A stretch of DNA of 32,000 nucleotides from Edaphobacter aggregans. Its GTDB lineage: Bacteria; Acidobacteriota; Terriglobia; Terriglobales; Acidobacteriaceae. A model generated the notes under the pieces. It was not told the origin of the DNA. It made no database searches and saw only the letters and a program-made list of their open reading frames with translations. Shown piece by piece: positions 1 through 9,628 of the stretch. The translations under genes and the position numbers were made by a program. Positions within the stretch are counted from its first letter, which is position 1, and each line of letters starts with the position of its first letter. The stretch is from positions 1,560,001-1,592,000 of the forward strand of contig NZ_RSDW01000001.1 of assembly GCF_003945235.1 (NCBI RefSeq). The letters run 5' to 3'.

Positions 1-1808
1 ATTCGGGTCAATCTTGCCCCTCGCCTTCACCCAGCTCTCGGGCAATTGATACGGCGGTTTGTTTTCTTTTTCCTTCGCATATCCAAACGCGCCGCCCATC
101 GTTGTAAATGGGAGATCAGCGCCGACCCCCTTCACGATTCCAAAGGTCAAACGAAGACTGCTGGTGGCGTCGGGAGATACCGCAAAGCCGTCAGCGGCGA
201 ATGTCGCTTCTCCAATCGCGACTCGAATCCCCGTTAGGTCACCCGCGCCACGCCTGCCAGTCATGCGTTTTTTCTCCGAACGCGCCTCCTGATCAACAGA
301 ACGCTGCACAATGATCAGGGGATCGGTACTCGCATCAATGGCGGCCTGACCGCCGGCCAGAAGTTCTTTGCGTACCTCCGGGTCATCAAGCTTAGTGTTT
401 GCAATTAACTCGTGAGCTCGTTCTGCGGGTGTCTTCCCGCTCAGAACTTTCCGGACCAAAGGATCCTCTGATCCCAACTCATCCACGAGTTGCCCCAACG
501 AATCCACCAACGCAATTTCATCAAGAGCCTTGTTGATCGAACTCTTGTTGGTGAGGTCGCGTTCTTGCATACGCCACGACGCATCACGAAATTCCGGGAG
601 GCGCGCATCGTTTGGCTTGGATCGCTCTGCCGCTGCACGAACCAGGATTCGCGCATAAGACGCAAGGCGGCCACTCAAACCAACGGTCTCTGGATAATGT
701 CGCTCCGAGTCGAACTTTCGCTGCTGCGCGATTGCTATGTCGAGCTCTCCCCAGGGATCTCCATACTCAGCTCTCAGTCTCGCATTGGCTGCAACCGTTT
801 TCCGGAGCTTTTGTTCCTCCGCAGTCTTCTTGGCCATTAGATCCTTGTCGAGCAAGCCTGCCTGATATCCCCTGATCGCCTTCAGCCGGTTCTCCAAATC
901 CCAAACCAGCGGCGCAACCATCGAAGCCTTCTCTGGTGACTTCTCGCTGAACTCTCTCAAAAGCTGGGCGCGTCGAGTGTACGACTTGATTTGCGCTGGG
1001 TAAACAACATCTCGAAGGTATTCCAATTGCGACAGCGTGCTCAGACGGGCTGTGGTCGATGGATTCCCTGCCGCAAACACGAGCGAGCCTTCTTTCGCCC
1101 CTGATGTCGAAACCTTCAGATAATTAGAGGTGTGAGCGGGCAACCCGTTTTCATAGGCACGAAAGAAAGCTATGTCGAGGTCGTATCTTGGAAATGTGTA
1201 ATTGTCCGCGTCTCCGCCGAAGAACGCACTTGTAACTTCGGGTGCAAATACCAGGCGAACATCGGAATATTTTTTGTAGCGATAGAGACGGTATACAGCC
1301 CCAGCATAGAGAGGAACTGTCTCACAGCTCAATCCCGTTTTCTTACACTCGTCTTCAATTCGCTGAAGCACAGCACGTCGCGCGTTTGCCGCTTCTGTAG
1401 ACTTTGCCGCTGGATTGGCCGCTGCAGACACGCTTGCAGTAATGTCTTCTATGTTCTGAAGCACTTCCACTTGCAGCCCCGCACATTTGACTTCCTCAGC
1501 GGAAGACTTAGCGTAAAACCCCGACTCCATGAAGTCTTTTTCTTTTGTCGAGGCGGCTATAATGCACTTTCTGCCTACGTGATGATTGGTGAGGATCAGG
1601 CCATTTGGCGAAACAAACGAGCCTGAGTCGCCCATTCGAACAGAGGAGAGGCGCAGGTGATCCAACCACGCCTGCGTAGGTTCGAAGCCGTACTTTGCCT
1701 TGATTCTCGCCATCGGCACATTGTCGAATGGCCACATCCCCTCGTCCGCCACTGCCCGTATCCCAAGGCAGAGCACAAGGAGGCCCGTCCATTGAAACCC
1801 TTTACGCA
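1..1808 (-). CDS. S46 family serine peptidase (dipeptidyl-peptidase 7/11-like), N-terminal ~602 aa; the 3' end runs off the window
   Basis: Absent from the ORF track because no stop lies inside the window. Hand translation of the minus strand from ATG 1808 gives [32 protein letters not shown]...[16 protein letters not shown].... That is a signal peptide followed by the DEGMW and TNHH (catalytic His) motifs typical of peptidase S46. I saw no stop down to position 1. Confidence 0.8.
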
Positions 1809-1844
1809 TCGAATTATTCCAATCTGACTGTTGTTCGTTATGAG

Positions 1845-1876
1845 ACGGGCGACGACGATTCACCGCCGCCGCCCGT
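1845..1876 (-). terminator. Hairpin downstream of the TonB-receptor gene (candidate intrinsic terminator without a clear U-tract)
   Basis: acgggcgacgacg (1845-1857), loop attcac, cgccgccgcccgt (1864-1876). In the minus-strand RNA this is a 13-bp stem whose two non-Watson-Crick positions are G-U pairs; on the plus-strand RNA they would be A-C mismatches. It starts 16 nt after the stop at 1893. No U-run follows. Confidence 0.4.
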
Positions 1877-1892
1877 GTTGCCTGCGAAGACA

Positions 1893-4800
1893 TTAGAAGA
1901 CGAGCTTCAAGGCCATCTGAACGGAACGAGGACCGCCATTTGAGAAAATCGGAAGTATGCCCAGTAATCCGCCCTGTCCGCCGCTTCCCGCCATCGATGT
2001 GGCTTTGCCAAACGTCGATGGGATAGGCGAAGGCTTGAAGGCAGGACTGTAGTAACCCATCCCCACCGAGTAGCCGGTAAAGTTCGGGTGATTGAGAGCG
2101 TTGAACATCTCCGCACGATACTGCAGCTTGAAGCGCTCGGTCAGCTTGAAGTCCCGTCCGATGCTGGCGTCATACTGCCAGAACACAGGCGCCCGCAGAT
2201 AATTTCGCGGCAGATTGCCTTGAGTGACACTTTGCACCGGCCCCATGAGATTAGCTGGCAACTGGAACGCAGCCGAATTGATGTACTTTTTTCCCGCGAC
2301 CGTGGGATCGGACAGCCAGAATGGCTGGCCAGGAACAATATCCGGATGAAGCGTGATGGAGTTCACATCGTAGCCCCCGGCATCGCGAGACAAGGTAACG
2401 TCTATCGGTGTTCCAGTTTGACCTGTGAACATGTTTTCGAACACCCACCCCTTGATCAACCCGGTGTTCAACGTCCGCAAGACGATGTTTTCAGGGTTGA
2501 AACTTCGAGCCTGGTAGCTCATGGCGATGTTGAAGGTCTGACGTCGGTCGTTGTCCGAGTTCCCGCGCGTCATCTGCGGCTTCACAGAAGGGAACAGATA
2601 TCCGAAGATCTGTGTATCCTGCGAGGCCGTGTCAATCGCGTGGGCCCAGGTATAGTTGCTCAGCACCTGCAGGCCCTTGTGCAACTGGCGCTGGAACTGC
2701 ACCTGCAGACCGGAATAGTCAGAGCTGTCCCCATATCCTGCATCATTGCGGGTAACCCGAACAGTGGCGCCGCTTGCGAAGTTAGGATTGCTAAAGCCGA
2801 TCTTGGCTCCCGTACTATCGGTGCCATTCACCAGCAGGCTGTAGCTGCGGGGGAGCTTGCGTGCGCCGTTCCCCACATAGGTCACGGTGAGCACCTGGTT
2901 TTTGCCAAGCCCCTGCTGCAGCGCGACGTTCCACTCTTGCGTTGTCGGGGTTGTATATCCGTCCAGCAAGCCAATGAGAGGCAGGGTTGCCGGATAGGGC
3001 GGGGTGGTCGGATAGGTCCGGTCGGGAATCGGTGCAAGGATCGTATCGTTGAAGGGAACCGGCTGCTTCACGAAGCTTGACGACCGCAGGGATCCGCCTA
3101 TGCTATAGCCGGCTACTGCCGTGCTCAGGTCATAGAACATGCCGTAGCCACCGCGCACAACGGTCTCCCACCCCGCCTGCTTACGCAGTTCGTAGCTCGC
3201 TCCCAATCTCGGAGCAAGAGCGTGCCAGTCGGTCGAGTAGGCCTGGGTTCCTTGTGGTGTAAGGAGCATGGTCGTCGGGTCCTCCCAGCCCTTCACATAG
3301 AAGAGATCATTTGGGTTCAACCCGGACGGTGGCGGGTTGAGCTCCCACCGCAGTCCCATGTCCACTGTCAGCCGCGGAGTCACCTTCCATCCGTCCTGCG
3401 CATAGAAGGAGACGTTATCGTAGTTGAGCGTTGCCTGGCGGTTACCCGACACGCTGACCGAATCCATGACATTTGTTTCTAGGCTGCTGAGTGTATTCGC
3501 GCTGACGCTCATGTTGTAGTCCTTCGGCGCCAGGGTCGAGCTGAGGCGGCGGTAATCCACCCCAAACTTCAGCATATGCTTGCCCTTGGACCAGCTCAGG
3601 TTATCGGTGATATTGAGCGAACGGCTGGCGTTCTGCGTCTGGTCTCCCACTGAAAGATTGAAAGTGTTTGGATAGCTGCTGCTGAAAAAGTTCCAGCTGG
3701 CGAATGTTGTGTTTCCGCCGATTGGCGCTTTGCCGCCGAACAACTGGGCCTGGGTGGGTACCACAGCACCATTCACGGGCTGAATTGAGGTGTTTCCTGT
3801 GCCGCCTGCGGTGCTGTAGTTAAAACTGAGCTGATTGGTCAGGCTCGGTGTCAGCAAACCGGTCAGGCCCACTGTGCCCGTATTCTGATTGGTCTCAGAG
3901 GTCTGCAGCTGCGCCAGAGTCCAGGCTTGCTGGTTCGAAGGAGCATAGGCATAGCGTCCGAAGAGTGTCCATTTGGAGTTGAGGACCTGATCGACCCGGA
4001 GGCTCATGGAGTCCGAGTTCATCGGACTCGACTGGTAGTACGGGTAGAGCTGCGTGTTGTTGACTTCCGGCTGAGTGGACGTGGGGAAGGCATTGAGCAG
4101 CGCGCGGATGTTCGGATCGATCTTCGGGTCGTTCCTCAGCGTGGCGCTAGGCACATAGGCGTTGCTCAAGTTGACTGGGTGCCGGTACCGCATGCCTTCA
4201 TACGAGAAGAAGAAGAAGGTCCGGTTCCTGAAGATGGGGCCGCCGAAGGTTCCGCCGAAATCGTTCAACCTGGTCTTCGGCCTTGGAGTCTGAGGATTGC
4301 GATGGTTAGCAAACCAGTCGTTCGCCTCAAGAATGTCGTTGCGCAGATAGTCGTACAGTACGCCGCGGTACTGATTGGAGCCGGAACGCGTCGTGAGCTG
4401 CACCTGTCCACCGGGCTGCCGGCCAAATTCCGCCGAATACGTGGCGGTCTGTACCTTGAACTCCTGCATCGCATCGACCGAGATGAGGCCGTTCGTTCCT
4501 CCGAAGGCATTGAAACCCGGAACCGCTCCGGTGAACGCCTGATTTACGTTGACCGAGGCCGATCCTGTGCTCGCGACCCCTGTATTAGCCGAGACGCCGT
4601 CGATAGTCCAGTAGTTGGAATTAGTGCGTAGGCCATTCACGCTCAGCTGACCCGCCTCTTTTCCTGCCGTCCCCCCGGAGACCACGCCAGGAGTCATCAG
4701 CAGCAGCGACTGGAACGATCTGCCCTTCAACGGCAGCTGGTCCACGAAGTTGCTGTCAACTACCGTTGCAACGGAACTGGAGCTTTCATAACCAAGCGTC

Positions 4801-5171
4801 GATGCATCCACGGTAATGGTTTCGGTGACCTGGCCGACCTTCAGATTGACCAGCAGCCTTTGTTCATCGTTCGTATTCAGCGTTATGTTTGGAATCTCAA
4901 TACGAGCAAACCCTGTCCGAACGGCGCGTAGCGAGTATTTACCCGGGGGCAGGAGCGCTACCGAGAAGTCGCCCTGAGGATTTGTACTGACGTCCCGCCT
5001 CGCCGCGGTTGCAGTGTTCAAGACGGTGATCTTGACATCGGGAATGACCGCGCCGGCTTGATCGACGACAGTTCCACTCAAGGTGGCGGTCGTGCTTTGG
5101 GCGATCATCAGAGGAGCTGTGAAGAGCAAGGCAGCGAAAGCAAGGCGCAGCCAATTCGATCTTTTGGTCAT
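1893..5171 (-). CDS. TonB-dependent outer-membrane receptor with N-terminal carboxypeptidase-regulatory-like domain (1092 aa)
   Basis: Track ORF 1893..5300. I place the start at ATG 5171 (MTKRSNWLRLAFAALLFTAPLMIAQS, a good signal peptide), which removes the overlap with the upstream gene. TLSGTVVDQAGAVIPDVKITV...GKYSLRAVRTGF is CarboxypepD_reg-like. A plug-like region and a long beta-barrel follow, ending in the terminal LKLVF. Confidence 0.85.
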   Translation of the reverse strand: MTKRSNWLRLAFAALLFTAPLMIAQSTTATLSGTVVDQAGAVIPDVKITVLNTATAARRDVSTNPQGDFSVALLPPGKYSLRAVRTGFARIEIPNITLNTNDEQRLLVNLKVGQVTETITVDASTLGYESSSSVATVVDSNFVDQLPLKGRSFQSLLLMTPGVVSGGTAGKEAGQLSVNGLRTNSNYWTIDGVSANTGVASTGSASVNVNQAFTGAVPGFNAFGGTNGLISVDAMQEFKVQTATYSAEFGRQPGGQVQLTTRSGSNQYRGVLYDYLRNDILEANDWFANHRNPQTPRPKTRLNDFGGTFGGPIFRNRTFFFFSYEGMRYRHPVNLSNAYVPSATLRNDPKIDPNIRALLNAFPTSTQPEVNNTQLYPYYQSSPMNSDSMSLRVDQVLNSKWTLFGRYAYAPSNQQAWTLAQLQTSETNQNTGTVGLTGLLTPSLTNQLSFNYSTAGGTGNTSIQPVNGAVVPTQAQLFGGKAPIGGNTTFASWNFFSSSYPNTFNLSVGDQTQNASRSLNITDNLSWSKGKHMLKFGVDYRRLSSTLAPKDYNMSVSANTLSSLETNVMDSVSVSGNRQATLNYDNVSFYAQDGWKVTPRLTVDMGLRWELNPPPSGLNPNDLFYVKGWEDPTTMLLTPQGTQAYSTDWHALAPRLGASYELRKQAGWETVVRGGYGMFYDLSTAVAGYSIGGSLRSSSFVKQPVPFNDTILAPIPDRTYPTTPPYPATLPLIGLLDGYTTPTTQEWNVALQQGLGKNQVLTVTYVGNGARKLPRSYSLLVNGTDSTGAKIGFSNPNFASGATVRVTRNDAGYGDSSDYSGLQVQFQRQLHKGLQVLSNYTWAHAIDTASQDTQIFGYLFPSVKPQMTRGNSDNDRRQTFNIAMSYQARSFNPENIVLRTLNTGLIKGWVFENMFTGQTGTPIDVTLSRDAGGYDVNSITLHPDIVPGQPFWLSDPTVAGKKYINSAAFQLPANLMGPVQSVTQGNLPRNYLRAPVFWQYDASIGRDFKLTERFKLQYRAEMFNALNHPNFTGYSVGMGYYSPAFKPSPIPSTFGKATSMAGSGGQGGLLGILPIFSNGGPRSVQMALKLVF

Positions 5172-5221
5172 ATTTTCTGGTCTCTCAGGGTTTAAGTTGA
5201 TTGCGCGAATGGGCCACTTTT

Positions 5222-7006
5222 TCAAAACTGTGGTCCTCCATCCGTCGTACTTGCCGAAATCTTCTCTGCTAGGATTTCGGCGTCGAGCAACGAGTCCCAA
5301 AATTCAGGTAAACAAACAAGCGTTACGTTGGAAGCTTGAGTAGAAGCAGCGAAGGAATGCCACACTGCGCTGTCATTCGATGCCGTAAGATCGGATAGTT
5401 TAGCGGCGGCGTAAACGAGGTCGGCGTCACTCTTAAAATTCGAAATGAGTGATCGATTATCTTCGGCATTTGCGCCGAAAATGGGCTCCAGGTTCTCCCG
5501 CATCAAGCGGGTCTCTTTAAGGACCGCGCTGGCATGAGATTGCAACATCCCACGCCATTGGCGATGCTCCTCAGAGGTCATCGCTTTCAGATCGTCCGGA
5601 GAAAATCGCTCGGCAATCTGTTTGAGAGCAAGCGCGTGCGCTCTCGCCGATTGGGAATGAAGCGAGACTTCGTCCATGAAACGCTCTACCTCTTCTTCCG
5701 TCGTCGTACCGGTGATCGGCTTCTTAGCAAAGAATTCACGCAAGCTACCGTCCGCAGGCGCTCGCTGGAAGCCTTCGATCCCCTCAACAGATTCGTGGAC
5801 AATTCTCTTCCGCCCTTGCACCGTTCCATTCGGAACTGCAATATCTAACTGCAGTGCCGGGTTTTTCGCAGCTAGCCCCAGCGCCATAACGATCTCGTCT
5901 CGGCGCTGCTTGTCGTCGACCACCCCACGAACATGAACAGAGTCTCGATGCCGTTCAATGAAAAGCTGTTCTCCCATCAACGCATTAGCACGGTCGAGGC
6001 GCCGCATCACTTCAAGTTCAAGGGCTACGCCCCCGATGTTGGCTTGAGAATCTTCCGATCCAGCCGCATGCACTGCAAGCACTGGCGCCGACCCCGCATC
6101 GAACAGATCGGCGCTCACCTGATTAAGTTCAAGGACTCCGTAATCAAGCTCCGCAATTTCGACGACTCTGTTGTCCCTCAGACGAAGCGTCTCGGAGATA
6201 GGGCGATAGTCCGCATTGCGGAATTTCACGGTAGCTTCGGCAATCGGACCTTCTGGCGTCGCCGTTGAAACCTCAGTGATTGCTTCATCGCGGTGAACCT
6301 GATCAGCCTTCACCTGCAGCGCAGACCGCCATCCGCTCAGATGTGAAGGCGAGAGCGGTGCCTCCCAATCCATCTTTGCCTCGGAAAAGACATGTGCGAC
6401 CGGATCAAGCATTCGGGCGACGTCCTGCTCGGACATCGGTCGGGCGATACTTTGCAGTTTGGCGACATGCCTCGCGTTTCTCGTATCGCGATAGATCGAG
6501 CGGTTGTAAATGTTGCCTTCTACCCGAATCTGAAGCTTCTGATACGTGACTCGCTGCGTTGCCTGGCGGAGCCCAATCTGCTCGCCAGACGCTGCTTTGT
6601 TCAGTACCTCAGGTACCGTCATCTCCGGTGCGACTCGATGCAGCCTTATGAATGGAAACGAGATGATGGCAATAGCCATGAGCGCGACCGCAAAATAGCC
6701 CGAAACCCGTCCCCACTGTAGTGGTAGCGACAACCCCTCCCACCATGAACGCTTCTCAGCACTTTCTAGGCTCATGATTCGCGCACGCAACAAAGCACGC
6801 GGACCATCGATTTCAGGGATCTGTGACTTGAGATCATTGATATAAACATGAACGAATCGATGGATTGTCCCTTCGAAATCGTTCAGACGGGTCCTGCACA
6901 TCCAGCAAGCGGCAAGGTGCTCGTTGATCTTCGCAGCACGATCCTTCGATAGCTCACCGTCCACCGCGCGGAGTAGTTCTCCTTCTCGAATGTGATCGTT
7001 CATCAT
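5222..7006 (-). CDS. Membrane-spanning anti-sigma factor (zf-HC2 / ZAS type) with a large periplasmic domain (594 aa)
   Basis: The N-terminus has HLAACWMC (HxxxCxxC). There is one TM helix (VSGYFAVALMAIAIISFPFI) followed by ~470 aa predicted to be periplasmic. The ATG at 7004-7006 overlaps the sigma gene stop by 1 nt (TAATG). Confidence 0.75.
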   Translation of the reverse strand: MMNDHIREGELLRAVDGELSKDRAAKINEHLAACWMCRTRLNDFEGTIHRFVHVYINDLKSQIPEIDGPRALLRARIMSLESAEKRSWWEGLSLPLQWGRVSGYFAVALMAIAIISFPFIRLHRVAPEMTVPEVLNKAASGEQIGLRQATQRVTYQKLQIRVEGNIYNRSIYRDTRNARHVAKLQSIARPMSEQDVARMLDPVAHVFSEAKMDWEAPLSPSHLSGWRSALQVKADQVHRDEAITEVSTATPEGPIAEATVKFRNADYRPISETLRLRDNRVVEIAELDYGVLELNQVSADLFDAGSAPVLAVHAAGSEDSQANIGGVALELEVMRRLDRANALMGEQLFIERHRDSVHVRGVVDDKQRRDEIVMALGLAAKNPALQLDIAVPNGTVQGRKRIVHESVEGIEGFQRAPADGSLREFFAKKPITGTTTEEEVERFMDEVSLHSQSARAHALALKQIAERFSPDDLKAMTSEEHRQWRGMLQSHASAVLKETRLMRENLEPIFGANAEDNRSLISNFKSDADLVYAAAKLSDLTASNDSAVWHSFAASTQASNVTLVCLPEFWDSLLDAEILAEKISASTTDGGPQF

Positions 7007-7593
7007 TAGGCTCCTACCTGCTCTCTCGCACGGCTCAACTTGCCAATGGCGCGCTCTAGCGAGTTCGCAACCGACCCGAGAGAAATACCAAGCGCTTCAG
7101 CGATCTCCCTGTATCTGAGGCCTTCCGCACGCAGAAACAGGCACCGCCTATCCTGTTCCGGAAGAGCCTGGATCACAGCCTGTATCCGCTCTTCTGAATT
7201 CGCCTGCTCAAGCATTTCTTCTGGCGTAGCAGCAGGCGAGACGAATTCGGTCTGAACCTCATCAATCGGGACCGAGGCCCGCTCTATCTTGGATTTGGTA
7301 GAACGGAACTGTTTCAAAGCCAGGTTGTGGGCAACACGGAAGATCCATCCCCGGAGGTTGTCACCACGCTTTCCCTTCTTCAGGTGCTGAAACAGTGCCA
7401 GAAAGACCTCTTGGATCACTTCTTCTCCGTCCTGAACATGCAGTCCGAGCGTCATCAGATAGCGCAGAAGAGGCGTTCTAAGCTGTTCAAAAAGCTCGAC
7501 GACCTCATCACCGATCTGCGATGGCATCGGTTCGCTTGCCTGACCCGAGAACAATGTCACCATCGCCGCCGCTGCGGCGAAGCCATTCCGCAT
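7006..7593 (-). CDS. ECF-type RNA polymerase sigma-70 factor (195 aa)
   Basis: Region 2-like EEVIQEVFLALFQHL...LRGWIFRVAHNLALKQ and region 4-like LPEQDRRCLFLRAEGLRYREIAEALGISLGSVANSLERA. GGAG lies 6 nt upstream of ATG 7593. Confidence 0.85.
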   Translation of the reverse strand: MRNGFAAAAAMVTLFSGQASEPMPSQIGDEVVELFEQLRTPLLRYLMTLGLHVQDGEEVIQEVFLALFQHLKKGKRGDNLRGWIFRVAHNLALKQFRSTKSKIERASVPIDEVQTEFVSPAATPEEMLEQANSEERIQAVIQALPEQDRRCLFLRAEGLRYREIAEALGISLGSVANSLERAIGKLSRAREQVGA

Positions 7594-7934
7594 CTCTTTC
7601 TCCGAACTTCCTACTTGAACATTCCGGCCGGAGAGGTTTTGTTCAGTGTTTTTTTTTTAAAAAATTGGGATTCGGACATGAAAGGCGGCGTTTAGGGCCG
7701 TGAGGGGAGCGTCATAGGCTACACGCCATAGCTAAGCCTGTTTCGTTGCGCTTGGTAACAACGGGACTATTCATGGCTTCGGCCCAGAGCTCATGTTTGC
7801 ATTGAATGCAGACGCCAGTCGTTGCTCAATGGGGGGCATGTACTTGCTCTGAAGCAAGTAGAAGATCAAGACGACTGAGAACAGGGACTTTCAGGGGAGT
7901 TAGATTTCACCATAGAAATCGGAGTTCGTGAATT

Positions 7935-8648
7935 TCAACCCGCAGCCAGCAGGAGCTCAGGTCTTCGCAGGAGGATTCCACCGCGCCTCTTCGCTACCAG
8001 ACCTGCGTGTTCCCAGTCCCTTAGACAACGGCTGACTGTAAATGGCGTCACGTTCGCTCCCTCAGCCAAATCTTCGTTTAGGACTCTCAGATCAACGCCA
8101 TCATGAGTGGCTTCACCGATTGCGCTTGCGAGACTTACCAGTAAGTGAGCAACGCGCCCACGCGCATCATCGGCGCTCAACGAGACATGTGCTGCGATAT
8201 CCCACGCGATATTTTCTATCACCGCAATTGACAAGGCATTCTCCAACAATGCCGGACAACTAGACGTTATTTCCCGGAGGGTCTGCCTCTCCCACACGAG
8301 CGCACAACTGTCCACCAGCACTTCAGTGCTGGCAAGATAGTGGAATGGAGTAGAGAGAATTGCGGCGCCACCGAAAATCTGTCCGGGAGTCAACCAGTGG
8401 AGAAGTATCTTTCGACCGTCACTCGTGATCACGAAGTGCCTGCCTTGACCACTGGTGAGCAGAAAGAATCGTTCCGCAGGGTCTTCCTGATTGATGATCA
8501 CAGAGGAGGCCCGAAATTGCCGATGTTTGGCAACGGAAAGCACAGAGTCGAGTTTGGCCTTCGACAATCCGGCCAAAAAGCGGGGCCTAAGCCCATCGGG
8601 TAGGCCGACATTCTGGTTTCCAGGCGAGAATTTGCAGACACAATTCAC
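7935..8648 (-). CDS. Crp/Fnr family transcriptional regulator (cNMP-binding domain plus C-terminal HTH, 237 aa)
   Basis: cNMP-binding-like FFLLTSGQGRHFVITSDGRKILLHWLTPGQIFGGAAIL and HTH-like NVTPFTVSRCLRDWEHAGLV. The start is GTG 8648, preceded by AAGGAG with a 7-nt spacer. Confidence 0.8.
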   Translation of the reverse strand: MNCVCKFSPGNQNVGLPDGLRPRFLAGLSKAKLDSVLSVAKHRQFRASSVIINQEDPAERFFLLTSGQGRHFVITSDGRKILLHWLTPGQIFGGAAILSTPFHYLASTEVLVDSCALVWERQTLREITSSCPALLENALSIAVIENIAWDIAAHVSLSADDARGRVAHLLVSLASAIGEATHDGVDLRVLNEDLAEGANVTPFTVSRCLRDWEHAGLVAKRRGGILLRRPELLLAAG

Positions 8649-9190
8649 AAGATTCTCCTTTCAACGCATTCTGCGATATTTGATGGAGAACGCCGGTATC
8701 CTATCTTTCATAGTCACTTAGGTCAAACCACGGCAGCAAATTTTCAGTTTCGCAACGCTTTCTGATAGACAATTACGATCGGGGCGAATTCGCTATGAGC
8801 AGGTCACTGCAGGTTCGCCGCGGTCGCAAGCCGAGACAACAACCTACATCTCGACTTCGCTGAAAGCGCTACTTGTTTCCAGGGTCAGTACGAAGGTCAG
8901 AGCCGTAATATAGCCCACATCGTGAACCTAGAGTAGTGCCTGTGGCTCTGGATACGTAGTCGGACCGAGTCGTTGGAATCTCTCGATCTCATAATCTCAC
9001 TGGTGATCAATCGCGCAGGCACTAATCGGGAAACTGATTAGTACCGATATGTCCGCCTAGCGGCCTAATTTATCGATTGGTGTTAGCACGCCTTGAACTC
9101 AGTGAAAAAGTGACGGACCGTAATTCCCTTCCGGATCCCAAAAATGATAATGATTCCCACTCGTCCCATACAGTTAACAAATAGCTTTGG

Positions 9191-9470
9191 GCGGACCGAT
9201 TATCAGCTGCGCACTCCGTAATCGAGCGTAAATAAGAGAAACAGAGCACACCTCCAAAGACGTCGATGAAGGCGACGATTCTCCTAAATTGTTCACAATA
9301 AATGAGATGCGCACTGTACCCATTTTTGTACCTGAAATCGGACACCTGCGGCTCTCTGATGGGTGACTAGGAAGACTCAAGTAATGCTAAATAATAGATT
9401 TATGGGCGAAATAAGTGGTGCCGGGAGGGGGAGTTGAACCCCCATGGAGTTGCCTCCGACGGATTTTGAG
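9191..9470 (-). repeat. Distal copy of the tRNA-Leu locus repeat: truncated tRNA-Leu(CAA) 3' portion (9416-9470) plus conserved downstream-flank blocks (9306-9338 and 9191-9232)
   Basis: By hand alignment, 9416-9470 matches 24768-24822 at 53/55 positions (anticodon loop through the encoded CCA). 9306-9338 matches 24670-24702 at 32/33. 9191-9232 matches 24556-24597 at 38/42. Order, orientation and spacing are similar in both copies. The 5' half of the tRNA is absent here. Confidence 0.85.
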
Positions 9471-9590
9471 TTTCCCGAGAATACTGTATGTCTATGATAA
9501 ATAAGCGTAATCGAGAGTAATTAGCGAACCAGCTAAACCCATTCCCACCTGTAATTTAGCGTAGTTTCCCGAAATTAGTGCGAACTGACG

Positions 9591-9614
9591 CCTGTACCCG
9601 AACCTGTACCCGAA
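9591..9614. repeat. Perfect 2 x 12 bp tandem direct repeat cctgtacccgaa
   Basis: Read directly: cctgtacccgaa at 9591-9602 and again at 9603-9614, 15 nt downstream of the stop of the 9629..11287 gene. It contains the TGTACCC core also present in the conserved flank blocks at 9306-9338 and 24670-24702. Confidence 0.9.
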
Positions 9615-9628
9615 TTGCACGCATTCAC

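Noticed and set aside
2088-3080. 330-aa plus-strand ORF antisense to the TonB receptor, and similar long antisense ORFs at 3927..4631, 12642..13502, 13645..14235, 15683..16324, 26488..27327 and 27370..27921
   Set aside because: No recognisable domain features. Each lies fully inside a confidently assigned gene on the other strand.
5172-5300. 43-codon N-terminal extension of the TonB-receptor ORF
   Set aside because: It would overlap the anti-sigma gene 3' end by 79 nt. The internal ATG at 5171 is followed by a textbook signal peptide.
7851-7870. Perfect 8-bp hairpin tacttgct-ctga-agcaagta downstream of the Crp/Fnr gene, as a terminator
   Set aside because: No U/T tract on either strand, and it lies 65 nt from the stop. 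It is too weak to call.
9070-9345. 91-aa minus-strand ORF covering the conserved tRNA-flank blocks
   Set aside because: In the second copy of the repeat (24556-24702) the same frame is broken by stops, and conservation sits in two nucleotide blocks rather than following codons. The conservation is therefore at the DNA/RNA level.
8649-9628. Search for integrase, transposase, CRISPR repeats or toxin-antitoxin pairs in the two long non-coding regions (also 23979-24767)
   Set aside because: Only short ORFs without motifs. There are no regularly spaced repeats beyond the two short tandem duplications already listed.
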